Positions 46,211 through 55,441 of a stretch of DNA of 64,000 nt are shown one piece after another. The stretch is taken from the IMG/VR virus record IMGVR_UViG_3300021964_000015; one strand, written 5' to 3'. The stretch's first letter is position 1. Every line of letters starts with the position of its first letter. The notes beneath the pieces were generated by a model. It worked only from the letters and a program-made list of their open reading frames with translations. It searched no databases and was not told the origin of the DNA. A program made the translations under genes and the position numbers. The DNA comes from a virus.

Positions 46211-48200
46211 GTGTTCATTGATAGCTAGTTCAGATCCTGGTAGGTATGTCCCTTCAAGATTTGGTAAATAGCTCCGTGATTACAGTTAAATTTTTCAGCA
46301 ATTTTTCTATAAGAAAGACCTGCTTCTTTTAAAGATTTAATTTGTTTCACGTCATCCGAAGAAAATTTTCTCAAAGATTTCTTCGGCTTTCCTTTACTGG
46401 CAAAACCATTGTTTTTGTAACAACCGTTTTCCCAGGCTCTTGTTAAATTTTCTTGTTTGGTAACGATCTCAAGATTAGCAAGTTGATTATTTCTCTTGTT
46501 GTTATCTTTGTGATCAATCTGTAGGGAAAAGTTACTGGTTCCATGAGAACGCAGATCTAATCCTAAAAAAGCAATTGCCATCAAGACGTGAAGATGAAAT
46601 CTTTTTCTCTTTCCATCTACAAGAACTGAAATACGGTCGTAAACACTGGTGGAACTAATAGGAATCTCTAGAAAATATTCTTGATTATCGGGATCAAGTT
46701 GTTTTTCAAAAGCTTTCCCTTCTTCCGTTAAGTAAAGATTACCAAATCCTGGAACAAGTTTTGGATTCATGTTGTTTATAAACAGGTTTCCAGACTGTAG
46801 CACGCCTCAACTGAACGCTCAACGTTGTCACCTCACCAAGCAATTGATGAGTGCAAACCGGATGAATTCAGGGAAGCCCTAACGTAAAGACGAGGGTAAT
46901 CCTGAGCCAAGCCAATCAAGAACGTGATTGGAAGGTGCAGAGACTACTGGGGGTAACACGATCTTGTTACGTAATACCAGATTCAGCGTCCGGCATCCCA
47001 CAGGGATGAAGAGATAGTCCACCCCTCTAAGAAACTAGAGACCAGGAGAACGATTTTCCAAAGATTTTAGGTGCGGAACTTTATCGTCCTCACCCTGCTT
47101 ATGTCACCGAAATGGCTGTGGAGCCCGTGGTTGTCCACGACTTCACTCGTCAGCCCGGTCAAACTGTTCAGTTAGATCGCTATAAGTTCTGGGGTACCCC
47201 TGGTACGAAGGATAGCCGCGAGCGTATCTCTGACCAGACCATTGGTACTGCCAACAGCCGCAACATCACCAAGGAAAAGGTGCTTGTTGTGCTGAAAGAA
47301 TACACCGGCCCTGCTGATCCGGGTGATCCCACTCAGCCCAGCACCTTCAAAATTGCTCGTGAAACCCTGATTACCGCCCAGCGTCTGCTGCTGGATACCG
47401 GTAACCTGAACATGTTCCACCAGAGCATTGGTTCGCTGACCCTGCTCGATGATTATCGCCGGTGGCGTGATCGTGTGTTCATTGATGAACTTGCCAAAGC
47501 AGAAGCAAACGGTGCTGCCTCCACCACACAAGGCGGTTACTACTTCGCTGGTGCCAAGGAAAAGAATGCTTCCGGTCAAATCACCTATAGCGTTGCTGAG
47601 TACCAAAGCCAAACTCAGCAGTTCCAGGTGCGTACTGACCTTCTGACCGTTGTTAAGGATCTGCGTAAGCGTAACGTTCCTACCTTCGCTGATGGTCTGT
47701 ATCGTTGCATTTGCGATCCCGTCTTCATGATGCATCTGCGTCGTGATCCTGACTTCCGTGAGATCGCTCGTTACGCTGGTACCCCTGGCCAAGGCATGTA
47801 CATGGGTAATCCCATGATGCCTAACAACGCCAGCTTCTACATGGGTCCCCAGGCTGGTCAAGGTTACTTCCTTGCCGGTGAGCCGGTGATGCCTACTGGT
47901 GTTCAGTTTGAAGGTGTGAAGTTCTTCGAATCGACCAACTTCCCCATCAAGAACGTCAACGCTTCGTTCGATGCTGGTTCCACCTACACTTCCCAGGAAG
48001 TTGCCCAAGGTTACTTCTTTGGTCCTCAGTCGATTGGTGTTGGTATCGGCGGCCCGAACGCTCAGGTGCTCATCAACAACAACGACGACTTCAGCCGCTT
48101 CATCATCCTGATCTGGCAACTGTATGCTGGTTTTGAAATCCTGAACAAGGACTTCGTTACCACCGCGTTCAGCTTCATCCAAGACGATGGTACCGTCTGA
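46211..48200 (+). CDS. major capsid protein, spliced: exon 1 46211-46222 (GTG TTC ATT GAT), exon 2 47049-48200; 387 aa, MFIDNDFPKILGAELYRPHPAY...
   Basis: GGAGG at 46196-46200; exons join in frame; strong highly-expressed codon bias; position after portal/scaffold. Confidence 0.85.
46223..47048 (+). mobile_element. group I self-splicing intron (826 nt) with HNH ORF in L1
   Basis: 5' exon ends in U, intron ends in G; P aattcagggaa 46865, Q aatcctgagc 46898, R gtgcagagacta 46935, S aagagatagtcc 47009; P1, P3, P7, P8, P9, P10 pairings all form. Confidence 0.93.
46225..46770 (-). CDS. intron-encoded HNH homing endonuclease (antisense to host gene)
   Basis: 'HLHVLMAIAF...IDHKDNNKRNNQLANLEIVTKQEN' plus C-terminal HTH. 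Confidence 0.88.
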   Translation of the reverse strand: MNPKLVPGFGNLYLTEEGKAFEKQLDPDNQEYFLEIPISSTSVYDRISVLVDGKRKRFHLHVLMAIAFLGLDLRSHGTSNFSLQIDHKDNNKRNNQLANLEIVTKQENLTRAWENGCYKNNGFASKGKPKKSLRKFSSDDVKQIKSLKEAGLSYRKIAEKFNCNHGAIYQILKGHTYQDLN

Positions 48201-48237
48201 TAATTAATCCATACATTTAAATTACTGGAAAAGATAA

Positions 48238-49032
48238 ATGACCTATTTGTCCGCTAAGAAAATCTACCCAGGTAACTGGGCAGAGCCCCTCAACGGTTGG
48301 TACAAGAACATTGATACCAACGATGACGGCAGCAACAATAACTCCAAGGGTGGCCCCACTTGCGTGCTGGCAACTCCTGGCTACCGTTACTTCCAGCAGC
48401 GTGGTTACGTTCCTGTCACCAACACTTCTGGTGGCGGTGCTATCTCCTCCGGCAGTGTTATCGTTCCTTCCCCTTATCGGAATGACGATACCCGCACTGA
48501 CATCACCGGTATGGTGATCTCCGGCAGCAGCACCCTTCCTGCCTATGTGTATCGCGCAACTGTTTCCGTTGCTTCTGGCTGGGGTGATGGCCGTGTTGCT
48601 TCTGGTGTGTATGCCGCAACCGGTAACATCATTACCTTCGGTCCTGGCCTGGAATCCAACGCAGGTGTTGGCGCAGCTGTTTCCCAAGCAAACCTGCAGT
48701 CCACCACCTCTGGCAGCCAGCCCGGTGAGATTTATTTCGCTGGTGGTTCCGCTGCTTACAGCGCTGTTCCTCTCCTGACTGCTACCGGTGCTGCTGGTAA
48801 TAGCGCAGGTAAGGTTTACCGCGAAGTGACTGCCGCTACTACTTACAACGTTCAGTCCCGTACTACCCTGACCGGCACCACTGCAGGCGGCGGTTGGTAC
48901 ATCTCCAGCGCTGATTCCACTGCTGGTCGCACTGGTTATCTGATCGTTGAAGTGTGCTACATCCAACCTGATGTTGCTCCTGGTTACGAAGACATCGACG
49001 GCTACCTGCTTGGCCGTGTTGTCTCCCCGTAA
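48238..49032 (+). CDS. abundant structural protein (capsid decoration/minor capsid candidate)
   Basis: Directly after MCP, same strong codon bias. Confidence 0.6.
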   Translation: MTYLSAKKIYPGNWAEPLNGWYKNIDTNDDGSNNNSKGGPTCVLATPGYRYFQQRGYVPVTNTSGGGAISSGSVIVPSPYRNDDTRTDITGMVISGSSTLPAYVYRATVSVASGWGDGRVASGVYAATGNIITFGPGLESNAGVGAAVSQANLQSTTSGSQPGEIYFAGGSAAYSAVPLLTATGAAGNSAGKVYREVTAATTYNVQSRTTLTGTTAGGGWYISSADSTAGRTGYLIVEVCYIQPDVAPGYEDIDGYLLGRVVSP

Positions 49033-49075
49033 TTAAAGAGATAAGTTAAACTAAGACCAGTAAATTACTGGTCTT

Positions 49076-49504
49076 ATGACAACTACTCCTTCGATGCTTT
49101 ATCAGCACAAAAAAACAGGTGCACGTGTCAAGGTTGTAAGCGAATGGGATAATGGCGATTGGTTTATGGTCGAAGATCAGGATGGTCGCCTTTTCACTGC
49201 TTATAAAACTGAAATTACACCTGACGAGGCTGCAACAAAAACTGTTAAAACTCTTCAGGTAAAAGATAAAGCAGCAAAAGAAGAACCTCGCACTTTTCCC
49301 CCTGATAATCGGTTAAACATTAATGGTGCAACACCTCAAATGATCGCTGATCATATTAAAGGTATTGGACTTAAAACAGCTAGAGAGATTAAAGATCTTC
49401 AGATGTCCTTATCGGGTGAAAGGTTTAATAATCTCGAACAGTTAAAACAGATTAAAAGGGTTGATTGGGACGCAGTTCTTGCAGCTGATTTAATCAGAGT
49501 TTGA
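49076..49504 (+). CDS. helix-hairpin-helix (ComEA-like) domain protein
   Basis: 'RLNINGATPQMIADHIKGIGLKTAREI...RFNNLEQL'. Confidence 0.75.
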   Translation: MTTTPSMLYQHKKTGARVKVVSEWDNGDWFMVEDQDGRLFTAYKTEITPDEAATKTVKTLQVKDKAAKEEPRTFPPDNRLNINGATPQMIADHIKGIGLKTAREIKDLQMSLSGERFNNLEQLKQIKRVDWDAVLAADLIRV

Positions 49505-49514
49505 GGATATTAAT

Positions 49515-49536
49515 CCCCTGGGCAACCAGGGGTTTT
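49515..49536 (+). terminator. Rho-independent terminator
   Basis: cccctgg-gcaa-ccagggg-tttt. Confidence 0.8.
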
Positions 49537-49594
49537 ATCTTGCAAATTCTTTTAATTCAGTGCATTTATAATAAAAAACAAACGGAAATAAACG

Positions 49595-50056
49595 GTGCAG
49601 CTATCTGATTTTGATAAGAGTAGAGTCCGGTATCACCTGGGCTACTTCACGGTTTCTGTTCCAGCAGGTGATTATGCCAGGCTGGAAGAAGCAATGAATA
49701 CAATTCCTGATTCGTATTTTTACGATAAGGTAGCTATTCAAATTGGTCGTTGTGATACGGCTGAAAAGAAAACAGAAGTTGCAACCTCACCTTCCACCCG
49801 TTTGGAAAGTATTGCTGGTGACGTTGATCGTACGATTAGATCTAGCAATGCAAAGGAAGCTTTAAAGGTTTGGGACGAGATCTATCTCTACGAAACCAAT
49901 CGTTTGGCACAAATTCTTTACGTACCAAACTACAAAGATCCGTTCCAAGCCAGATATCGTTATGAAAGATCTGGTGCTGAATTTATCCAGGCATTACCTG
50001 GTCCTGCCGACACCGCCGTTGGCTCCCGCATGTATTTAATGGAGAATTGGAGGTAA
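49595..50056 (+). CDS. head-tail adaptor candidate
   Basis: Small helical protein after capsid block, 'RVRYHLGY'. Confidence 0.45.
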   Translation: MQLSDFDKSRVRYHLGYFTVSVPAGDYARLEEAMNTIPDSYFYDKVAIQIGRCDTAEKKTEVATSPSTRLESIAGDVDRTIRSSNAKEALKVWDEIYLYETNRLAQILYVPNYKDPFQARYRYERSGAEFIQALPGPADTAVGSRMYLMENWR

Positions 50057-50058
50057 TC

Positions 50059-50922
50059 ATGCCTAGTTTTACTGGTGCACGTGAATTAGCAGGCCTGTTT
50101 GGTTTGGGGGGAAATTTAGCCACGGGCGCGGGTTTATTTGCAGGTCCTCAACTTTTCATGCAAGGTCAATCCGGTTCGTTATTAGATCGTAGTGTTCAAA
50201 ACTTACCTGGAATTATCCCAGACCAACGGAATGATCTAGGAAGGAAAACTGGAAATGCAATTAGCAATGAACTTCAATACATTACCAATCAACTAGGCCA
50301 GGGCTCCATGCCTTACGGCGGAGGCCTTGGTATCAACATGCCCAGGGGAAAAGGCAAAGGTGGACAAGGCCGAGGGTTGCGTTTCAATAGAGGCCAGTCA
50401 TCACCTGATGTAGCAGCACCAGGTAGTGCACAAGAAACCGGCATGTATGGTCGTTACATCCCAGGTAGTGCACAAGATCGTGCGTACATGCAAGAAGCAT
50501 CACGTGTTGCTCAGTTGACCGCACAGGATCCTGAACTAAAGCGTTACGCTGATAAACGTCAACTTGCTGTTGCACCTGGCGCAACACCTGCACAAATTCA
50601 ATCTGCAGAAGATATCGGGATGGCAATCTGGGCTCAAAAGTATGGTCAACCTGGTGGTCTTGCACGTGCTGTAAAACCTGGTCAGGCAGGATATGATGTC
50701 ATTCAACAAACCTTGATTGGCCAAGATGCAGGTAATGCAGCACGTCAAGGAATGGGTTATCAAGCACAATCACAAATGATTCCAACCCCACCTCCTGGTT
50801 TAGGTGGTCCGCAAGGCCTTCCTTCTGTCAACATGCAGCCTACTTACGGTGCAGGCGGGCTAGAAGTTGATCCAGAAAGATTGAAAAAATTCCAGGCATT
50901 AATTAATCAAGCAAAAGAATAA
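50059..50922 (+). CDS. hypothetical virion protein
   Basis: GGAGG RBS before ATG 50059. Confidence 0.6.
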   Translation: MPSFTGARELAGLFGLGGNLATGAGLFAGPQLFMQGQSGSLLDRSVQNLPGIIPDQRNDLGRKTGNAISNELQYITNQLGQGSMPYGGGLGINMPRGKGKGGQGRGLRFNRGQSSPDVAAPGSAQETGMYGRYIPGSAQDRAYMQEASRVAQLTAQDPELKRYADKRQLAVAPGATPAQIQSAEDIGMAIWAQKYGQPGGLARAVKPGQAGYDVIQQTLIGQDAGNAARQGMGYQAQSQMIPTPPPGLGGPQGLPSVNMQPTYGAGGLEVDPERLKKFQALINQAKE

Positions 50923-51007
50923 TATCTTGGCATTGCGTAGCATGTAAGACCAGCCTGCTGGACAAGAATCTTTGATTCACGGGAGCCAGTGTTGTTGCTT
51001 TATCACA

Positions 51008-51124
51008 ATGATTCTCTGCCCTAATTTTGTTAAACGCTTAGCAGCCACTGTATCCCTGGTTGCAATTACGCAAACAGTATTTACACCTGGTCTCAAAGCA
51101 CAGTCAAATTGGGTAGCTGAATGA
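51008..51124 (+). CDS. 38-aa signal-peptide-like ORF (not in ORF track)
   Basis: MILCPNFVKRLAATVSLVAITQTVFTPGLKAQSNWVAE. Confidence 0.4.
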   Translation: MILCPNFVKRLAATVSLVAITQTVFTPGLKAQSNWVAE

Positions 51125-51134
51125 GGCAATAAAA

Positions 51135-51863
51135 ATGACAGAACGCGAATTACTACAAAGCTACGTTTCAAGACCTGCCATCCAGAACGCATTGCGAGTT
51201 ATTCGTTTTGCGGAAGGTACTGAACGTGGCGGACCCGATTCCTATCGCGTCATGTTTGGCGGTGGCTTGGCACCTGATCTAAAGCGGCATCCAGACAAAG
51301 TTATTGATGGAGGACGCTATAAAAGTGCAGCTGCTGGTGCATACCAATTCATGCCCTTTACCTGGGAGCGACAAGCAAAAGCACTAGGCTTATCTGATTT
51401 TGGTCCACAGAATCAAGATCTTGCTGCTACACGTTTGTTGCGTAATCGCTTGATGCCTATCGGTGGTTTATCAACCCTTGAAAAAGAAGGTTTTAGCCAG
51501 CGTGTATCCTCTGCACTAGCACCAGAATGGGCTTCTCTTCCCACCGAAAGTGGTGAGAGTTTCTACGGCCAACCTGTTAAAAAACTTGCTGATCTCCAGA
51601 AAGTTTTTGGTCAGCCACAAGAAACACAAACGTTTGGGGCCACAACTCAACTTACAAAAAAACAAGAAAGAAAATTAAAGAAACAGCTTCAAAATCCCCT
51701 GGGTTTACCTGTCAGTATCAACATTAATTTATCTGGTGAAGAAGAGGCAAAACCTGAAGCCCGTTCTTTTCTTGATACAATGAAAGGACAAGTGATGCAA
51801 TCACTATTCCAGCAACGTCAACCGTTTGGCCTACAAGAAGTATTAGGCTTGCTTGGTCAATAA
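51135..51863 (+). CDS. lambda R-type lysozyme/transglycosylase
   Basis: 'IRFAEGT...SAAAGAYQFM..TW...DFGPQNQD...EWASLP...YGQP'. Confidence 0.88.
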   Translation: MTERELLQSYVSRPAIQNALRVIRFAEGTERGGPDSYRVMFGGGLAPDLKRHPDKVIDGGRYKSAAAGAYQFMPFTWERQAKALGLSDFGPQNQDLAATRLLRNRLMPIGGLSTLEKEGFSQRVSSALAPEWASLPTESGESFYGQPVKKLADLQKVFGQPQETQTFGATTQLTKKQERKLKKQLQNPLGLPVSININLSGEEEAKPEARSFLDTMKGQVMQSLFQQRQPFGLQEVLGLLGQ

Positions 51864-51926
51864 CCTTTATAATGTCTATAAAAAGGAAGTAGAACATTGT
51901 CTTCAAGTTCTCTTGTATTTTTTGTT

Positions 51927-52517
51927 TTATTTGGGTTTTACGTGGCTACCTCCTTTGCCATCATGCCGTTCTTTTGAAAATGCTTTGTCAAGGGGCCATT
52001 CATTATTAAGGCGTTTTTGCATTGATTGAGGAGATATTCCAACTTCTTTAGCCCAGTCGGCAATGCACATTGTCTTACCTTCAAAGGTATAAAGTCTAGT
52101 AGCACGCTTCCCTCCTCGGTTGCGTGTCTGCTCTTTTCTTGTAGCCCATCGACAATTTTCTTTGCAGTAGTTTTTATCGTTTTCAATACGCTCTAGTTCC
52201 ATCTTGGGATCTGGTTTTTTACCCATGTCTGCTAGGAACACCGTAAAGTCTTCCCAAGAAGGGTCGTAGGTTATACCACGGGCGCCATAACGTTCATAAT
52301 GGGTTGTGCCAATACAATTGCAACGGTTTTTCATTGCGCACCATGAACCGTATTCTGGTGTTTTATCTCTGTTCCCACCATGTTTGAAGGAAGCGCAGTT
52401 TTTTGAGCAATAGACATACCCTCTATCTCGCAAACGCTTACGATGCCAAGCTGCGGTATTCCCTTGGCGCTCATAAAACTTGCCACAGCAAGCGCACTGA
52501 AAAATTGTTTGTGCCAT
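51927..52517 (-). CDS. free-standing HNH-type homing endonuclease
   Basis: 'EYGSWCAMKNRC...YGARGI...W..F..F..DMG..P....LERIENDKNY..ENCRWAT..EQ..N'. Confidence 0.85.
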   Translation of the reverse strand: MAQTIFQCACCGKFYERQGNTAAWHRKRLRDRGYVYCSKNCASFKHGGNRDKTPEYGSWCAMKNRCNCIGTTHYERYGARGITYDPSWEDFTVFLADMGKKPDPKMELERIENDKNYCKENCRWATRKEQTRNRGGKRATRLYTFEGKTMCIADWAKEVGISPQSMQKRLNNEWPLDKAFSKERHDGKGGSHVKPK

Positions 52518-52566
52518 TAGAATAAGAGAAGTTTTCGGAGGCCCCTGTCAAATTAGCAGAGACAGG

Positions 52567-53358
52567 GTGTTTAGTCAAATATCCAGTACTAGCACGAACA
52601 AGCAACCGCTCCTGGTTGATAGGCCGCTTTTTGATTCGGTTCGTGTAACCACTCAAACTGTTGGTAGTTCTACTGCCAATACACTTTTTGTGCAAGGTGG
52701 ACAAGCACCCTCTATCCTCGTGGATATGGATGCTGCACTACAAGAAGATAACAACAGTGGTGGCGTGGTTGATTCAATTACCATTACTCGTAATGACTTC
52801 TATCGTCCTGCTGATTACACCGTAAATACAGTCACATCTGGCAGTGTAATTTCTCTTGTTAGCGGTCAAGTTGTTTTTGTTGCTGAAACAGGTGTTGTTA
52901 CTCCAGCTCCTGCAAGTGGCTACGGCTATTACACCTATACAGGTGCAACTACCCTGACAGGTGTTAATACATCTTTTGAGTACTCAGGCGGATCTTCTTC
53001 AGGTTTCCTCTATAACGGTGTAGCCTGGGGAGATCAACCCAACGTTACCTTTGTCTTCTACCACACCCGTGGTACGACAACACCTATCCCTGCATCGGGT
53101 GACTACCGTGTACTCTTTGCAAAAACAGTGCCAGCAGGTAGTGGTACTGTTGATTGCTCTGATCTCCTTCCTCAGCTTGCAACACCTGTTGTTGGCGCAG
53201 GTAACACAAATGGCCTTGGTCCCACTGCGCCTCTACGCAACAAAGGCATCTACCTGGAGCGTGGTGATCGCATTTACGTTGGTGTGTTCCCTGATGGTTT
53301 GAATATTTCTGGTTACACACCAGGTGCTCACGTAACCGCACAAGGCGGATTCTTCTGA
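52567..53358 (+). CDS. structural (tail) protein with relocated start
   Basis: 'SSTSTNKQPLLVDRP...GIYLERGDRIYVG...AQGGFF'; Thr/Ser/Gly-rich. Confidence 0.6.
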   Translation: MFSQISSTSTNKQPLLVDRPLFDSVRVTTQTVGSSTANTLFVQGGQAPSILVDMDAALQEDNNSGGVVDSITITRNDFYRPADYTVNTVTSGSVISLVSGQVVFVAETGVVTPAPASGYGYYTYTGATTLTGVNTSFEYSGGSSSGFLYNGVAWGDQPNVTFVFYHTRGTTTPIPASGDYRVLFAKTVPAGSGTVDCSDLLPQLATPVVGAGNTNGLGPTAPLRNKGIYLERGDRIYVGVFPDGLNISGYTPGAHVTAQGGFF

Positions 53359-54908
53359 TGCCAAAGAAGAGTGGAAGCTCTTTTGGTAATTTTGACCGGG
53401 CGAAGAAATTTGATCCTCGTCCGGTTAAACCTATTACGACAGAATTTTCCAGAGGATCAGTACCTGATTCACTCTATGCAGTAAATAGAGAATCGGCCTG
53501 GTCTCGTTGGCGTAGAGGATATGAACTTGCTACGGCAACTTTTTATAATAACGACTATACATATCGTTTTCGTTACGAAATACCTAACACCATATCCAGT
53601 GGCAACCCTGCGACTACAATCTCAGGCGCTTTCGTTGGTTATCCCACAAGCAACAAAGAGCTTGGGATGCAGTGGGCTATTTGGAGATTCGCTGGCTCTA
53701 TTCGTACCGATCAACTTACTGATCCAGTAAGTAGTCAAAACTTATTCATTGAATCAGTTACAGAAGATGCAAACTTCTGGTATGTAAAGCTAGCGGGCAC
53801 CTGGAGCGCATCTAATCCATTACCTTCTCCTTTTTACATTCCTGTTGCAGGAGAACCCAATGGATTAAAACCAGCTAATACAGAAATCTTTGAAGACCGT
53901 ATTCTTACGGTTAGTGGTGAAATTATTGATCAAGATACAATCAACCCAGCCACACAAACGCGCTACGGCTACGTACAAGCCGTTGTAGTGGCCATTAACC
54001 AGGACACAGGTATCCTTACCTTCAAGAAGGCTGGATCCGTGCAGGTAAGCCCTGACGGGGCTTTTATAACACCTTCTCCAATCGGCTTTACTCCAGGGAG
54101 ATTTCTTAATTCTGGTTCGCGTTACTCTTGCACCTGCCAAGATTTCACACGTAGGGAATATGCATATCTAAGTTCAAAAGGTGATTCAAATAGGCGGCAG
54201 TTTCCACGCACAAGTTTGTCCACCCTGAAACCAGGACGTTTTGAAATAACCAAACGTGATGGAATTATTGATAACTCCAGCATGACTAAATCAAATCAAA
54301 ATAGATCCTTGGAAGTTACATCGCCTGATAACTTTGGTTTGAACTATGAAGTAACGGATAATGCTCCTACCGATCGAAGGTCAACAAGAGATAATCCAGG
54401 GGTATATGCAGATTTTGGTGCAACGTATGTAAGAAGCACAAGCAATATTTCTATCCGTGGATCAACTCCAGAAGGTTTACCTGTTTTTGAAGATTACGCA
54501 TCAGTCACGCAAACAACTGACGCAAACTCTATTGAACAAATTACGGTTACAGCAGTTAACGACACCTGGACCCCACTCCTAGATGAGTTGCGTTACTGCA
54601 AACATATCTATGCATTGAAATTTAGAGATAATGTATTCCCACCTGAACCATCCGATTTCCCAGTAGGGATTGAAAGCATGGCTGAATGGGAGCAAAAGTT
54701 AGTTTCAAAATCAGAGAAGGAACAGGAAAGCATTAAAGATTTCATGCAGACCAGGAATGCTTTATCAAAAATGGATGTTCCTCCTTATAACTGTCAATCG
54801 CCAATGATTTTTCCGATGATACAAAGGTTGTTTAACTTTGCAACCGATCGTATCTTGCTTGAAAACTTCGTTATGTTTGACAAGAACGGAAATGAATATT
54901 CACCTTAA
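53358..54908 (+). CDS. hypothetical protein with split SWIM-like Zn finger
   Basis: 'YSCTCQDF' ... 'YCKHIYA'. Confidence 0.55.
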   Translation: MPKKSGSSFGNFDRAKKFDPRPVKPITTEFSRGSVPDSLYAVNRESAWSRWRRGYELATATFYNNDYTYRFRYEIPNTISSGNPATTISGAFVGYPTSNKELGMQWAIWRFAGSIRTDQLTDPVSSQNLFIESVTEDANFWYVKLAGTWSASNPLPSPFYIPVAGEPNGLKPANTEIFEDRILTVSGEIIDQDTINPATQTRYGYVQAVVVAINQDTGILTFKKAGSVQVSPDGAFITPSPIGFTPGRFLNSGSRYSCTCQDFTRREYAYLSSKGDSNRRQFPRTSLSTLKPGRFEITKRDGIIDNSSMTKSNQNRSLEVTSPDNFGLNYEVTDNAPTDRRSTRDNPGVYADFGATYVRSTSNISIRGSTPEGLPVFEDYASVTQTTDANSIEQITVTAVNDTWTPLLDELRYCKHIYALKFRDNVFPPEPSDFPVGIESMAEWEQKLVSKSEKEQESIKDFMQTRNALSKMDVPPYNCQSPMIFPMIQRLFNFATDRILLENFVMFDKNGNEYSP

Positions 54909-55018
54909 TTAATAATGTATACTTATATTAAGTCCCTCTGGACTTATTAAGCTTTTATTTAACCCTTGCGAGTTGGTCCCACCATTGGATATGGTTCGGT
55001 TACTCAGCTCATTTGGAC

Positions 55019-55441
55019 ATGACCTATCAACCGCCCCTGGATCAGCGGATTGTAGATGAGTACTTCCGTTTAGCATCCACGAAAAAAACAAAAGATGTTG
55101 CTTGGCTCTATGGCATGGTTGCTGCCTATGGCCTTAAGCCTGAACAACTGAAAAATCTTACATGGAATCAAGATTACTCAATATCATTACCATCCAAAAA
55201 ACGATCGATTAAACCAGTCCATCCTCAGTGGGCTTTTCTTTTTTCCCTAAAAGAAAAACAGCCCTGTGACCTACAGAGCTGCCTTGGTTCCCTTTGTTTG
55301 TCCCTTTATGAAGCAATGGCTTTTCAGAATGTTGAATTAAACATTACTGACTTGCTTCTTGCTCACAATCTCCGTAAGAAGCACTATAGGCAAGTTAAGC
55401 GGCCAGCGGCATCATACCCTGCTTTTGCAGGTGTTTCCTGA
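55019..55441 (+). CDS. degenerate tyrosine-recombinase-like protein
   Basis: 'WLYGMVAAYGLKPEQL..L.W' resembles box I (GLR..E); 'HNLR'; only 140 aa. Confidence 0.45.
   Translation: MTYQPPLDQRIVDEYFRLASTKKTKDVAWLYGMVAAYGLKPEQLKNLTWNQDYSISLPSKKRSIKPVHPQWAFLFSLKEKQPCDLQSCLGSLCLSLYEAMAFQNVELNITDLLLAHNLRKKHYRQVKRPAASYPAFAGVS

Noticed and set aside
47112-48200. MCP start at MAVEP as given in ORF track
   Set aside because: No RBS there; frame is open back to the 3' splice site and a better start lies at 46211
47172-48966. Long antisense ORFs (336 aa, 249 aa) over capsid genes
   Set aside because: Shadow frames expected from the strong codon bias of highly expressed sense genes; no protein-like motifs
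51008-51863. Signal peptide fused to lysozyme by stop readthrough
   Set aside because: The two ORFs are out of frame (offset 127 nt)
51897-52572. Second HNH insertion as an intron or translational bypass (TTT-stop ... TTT)
   Set aside because: No group I/II core, and a ~600-nt hop is far beyond T4 gene 60 (50 nt); a new promoter and RBS explain expression more simply
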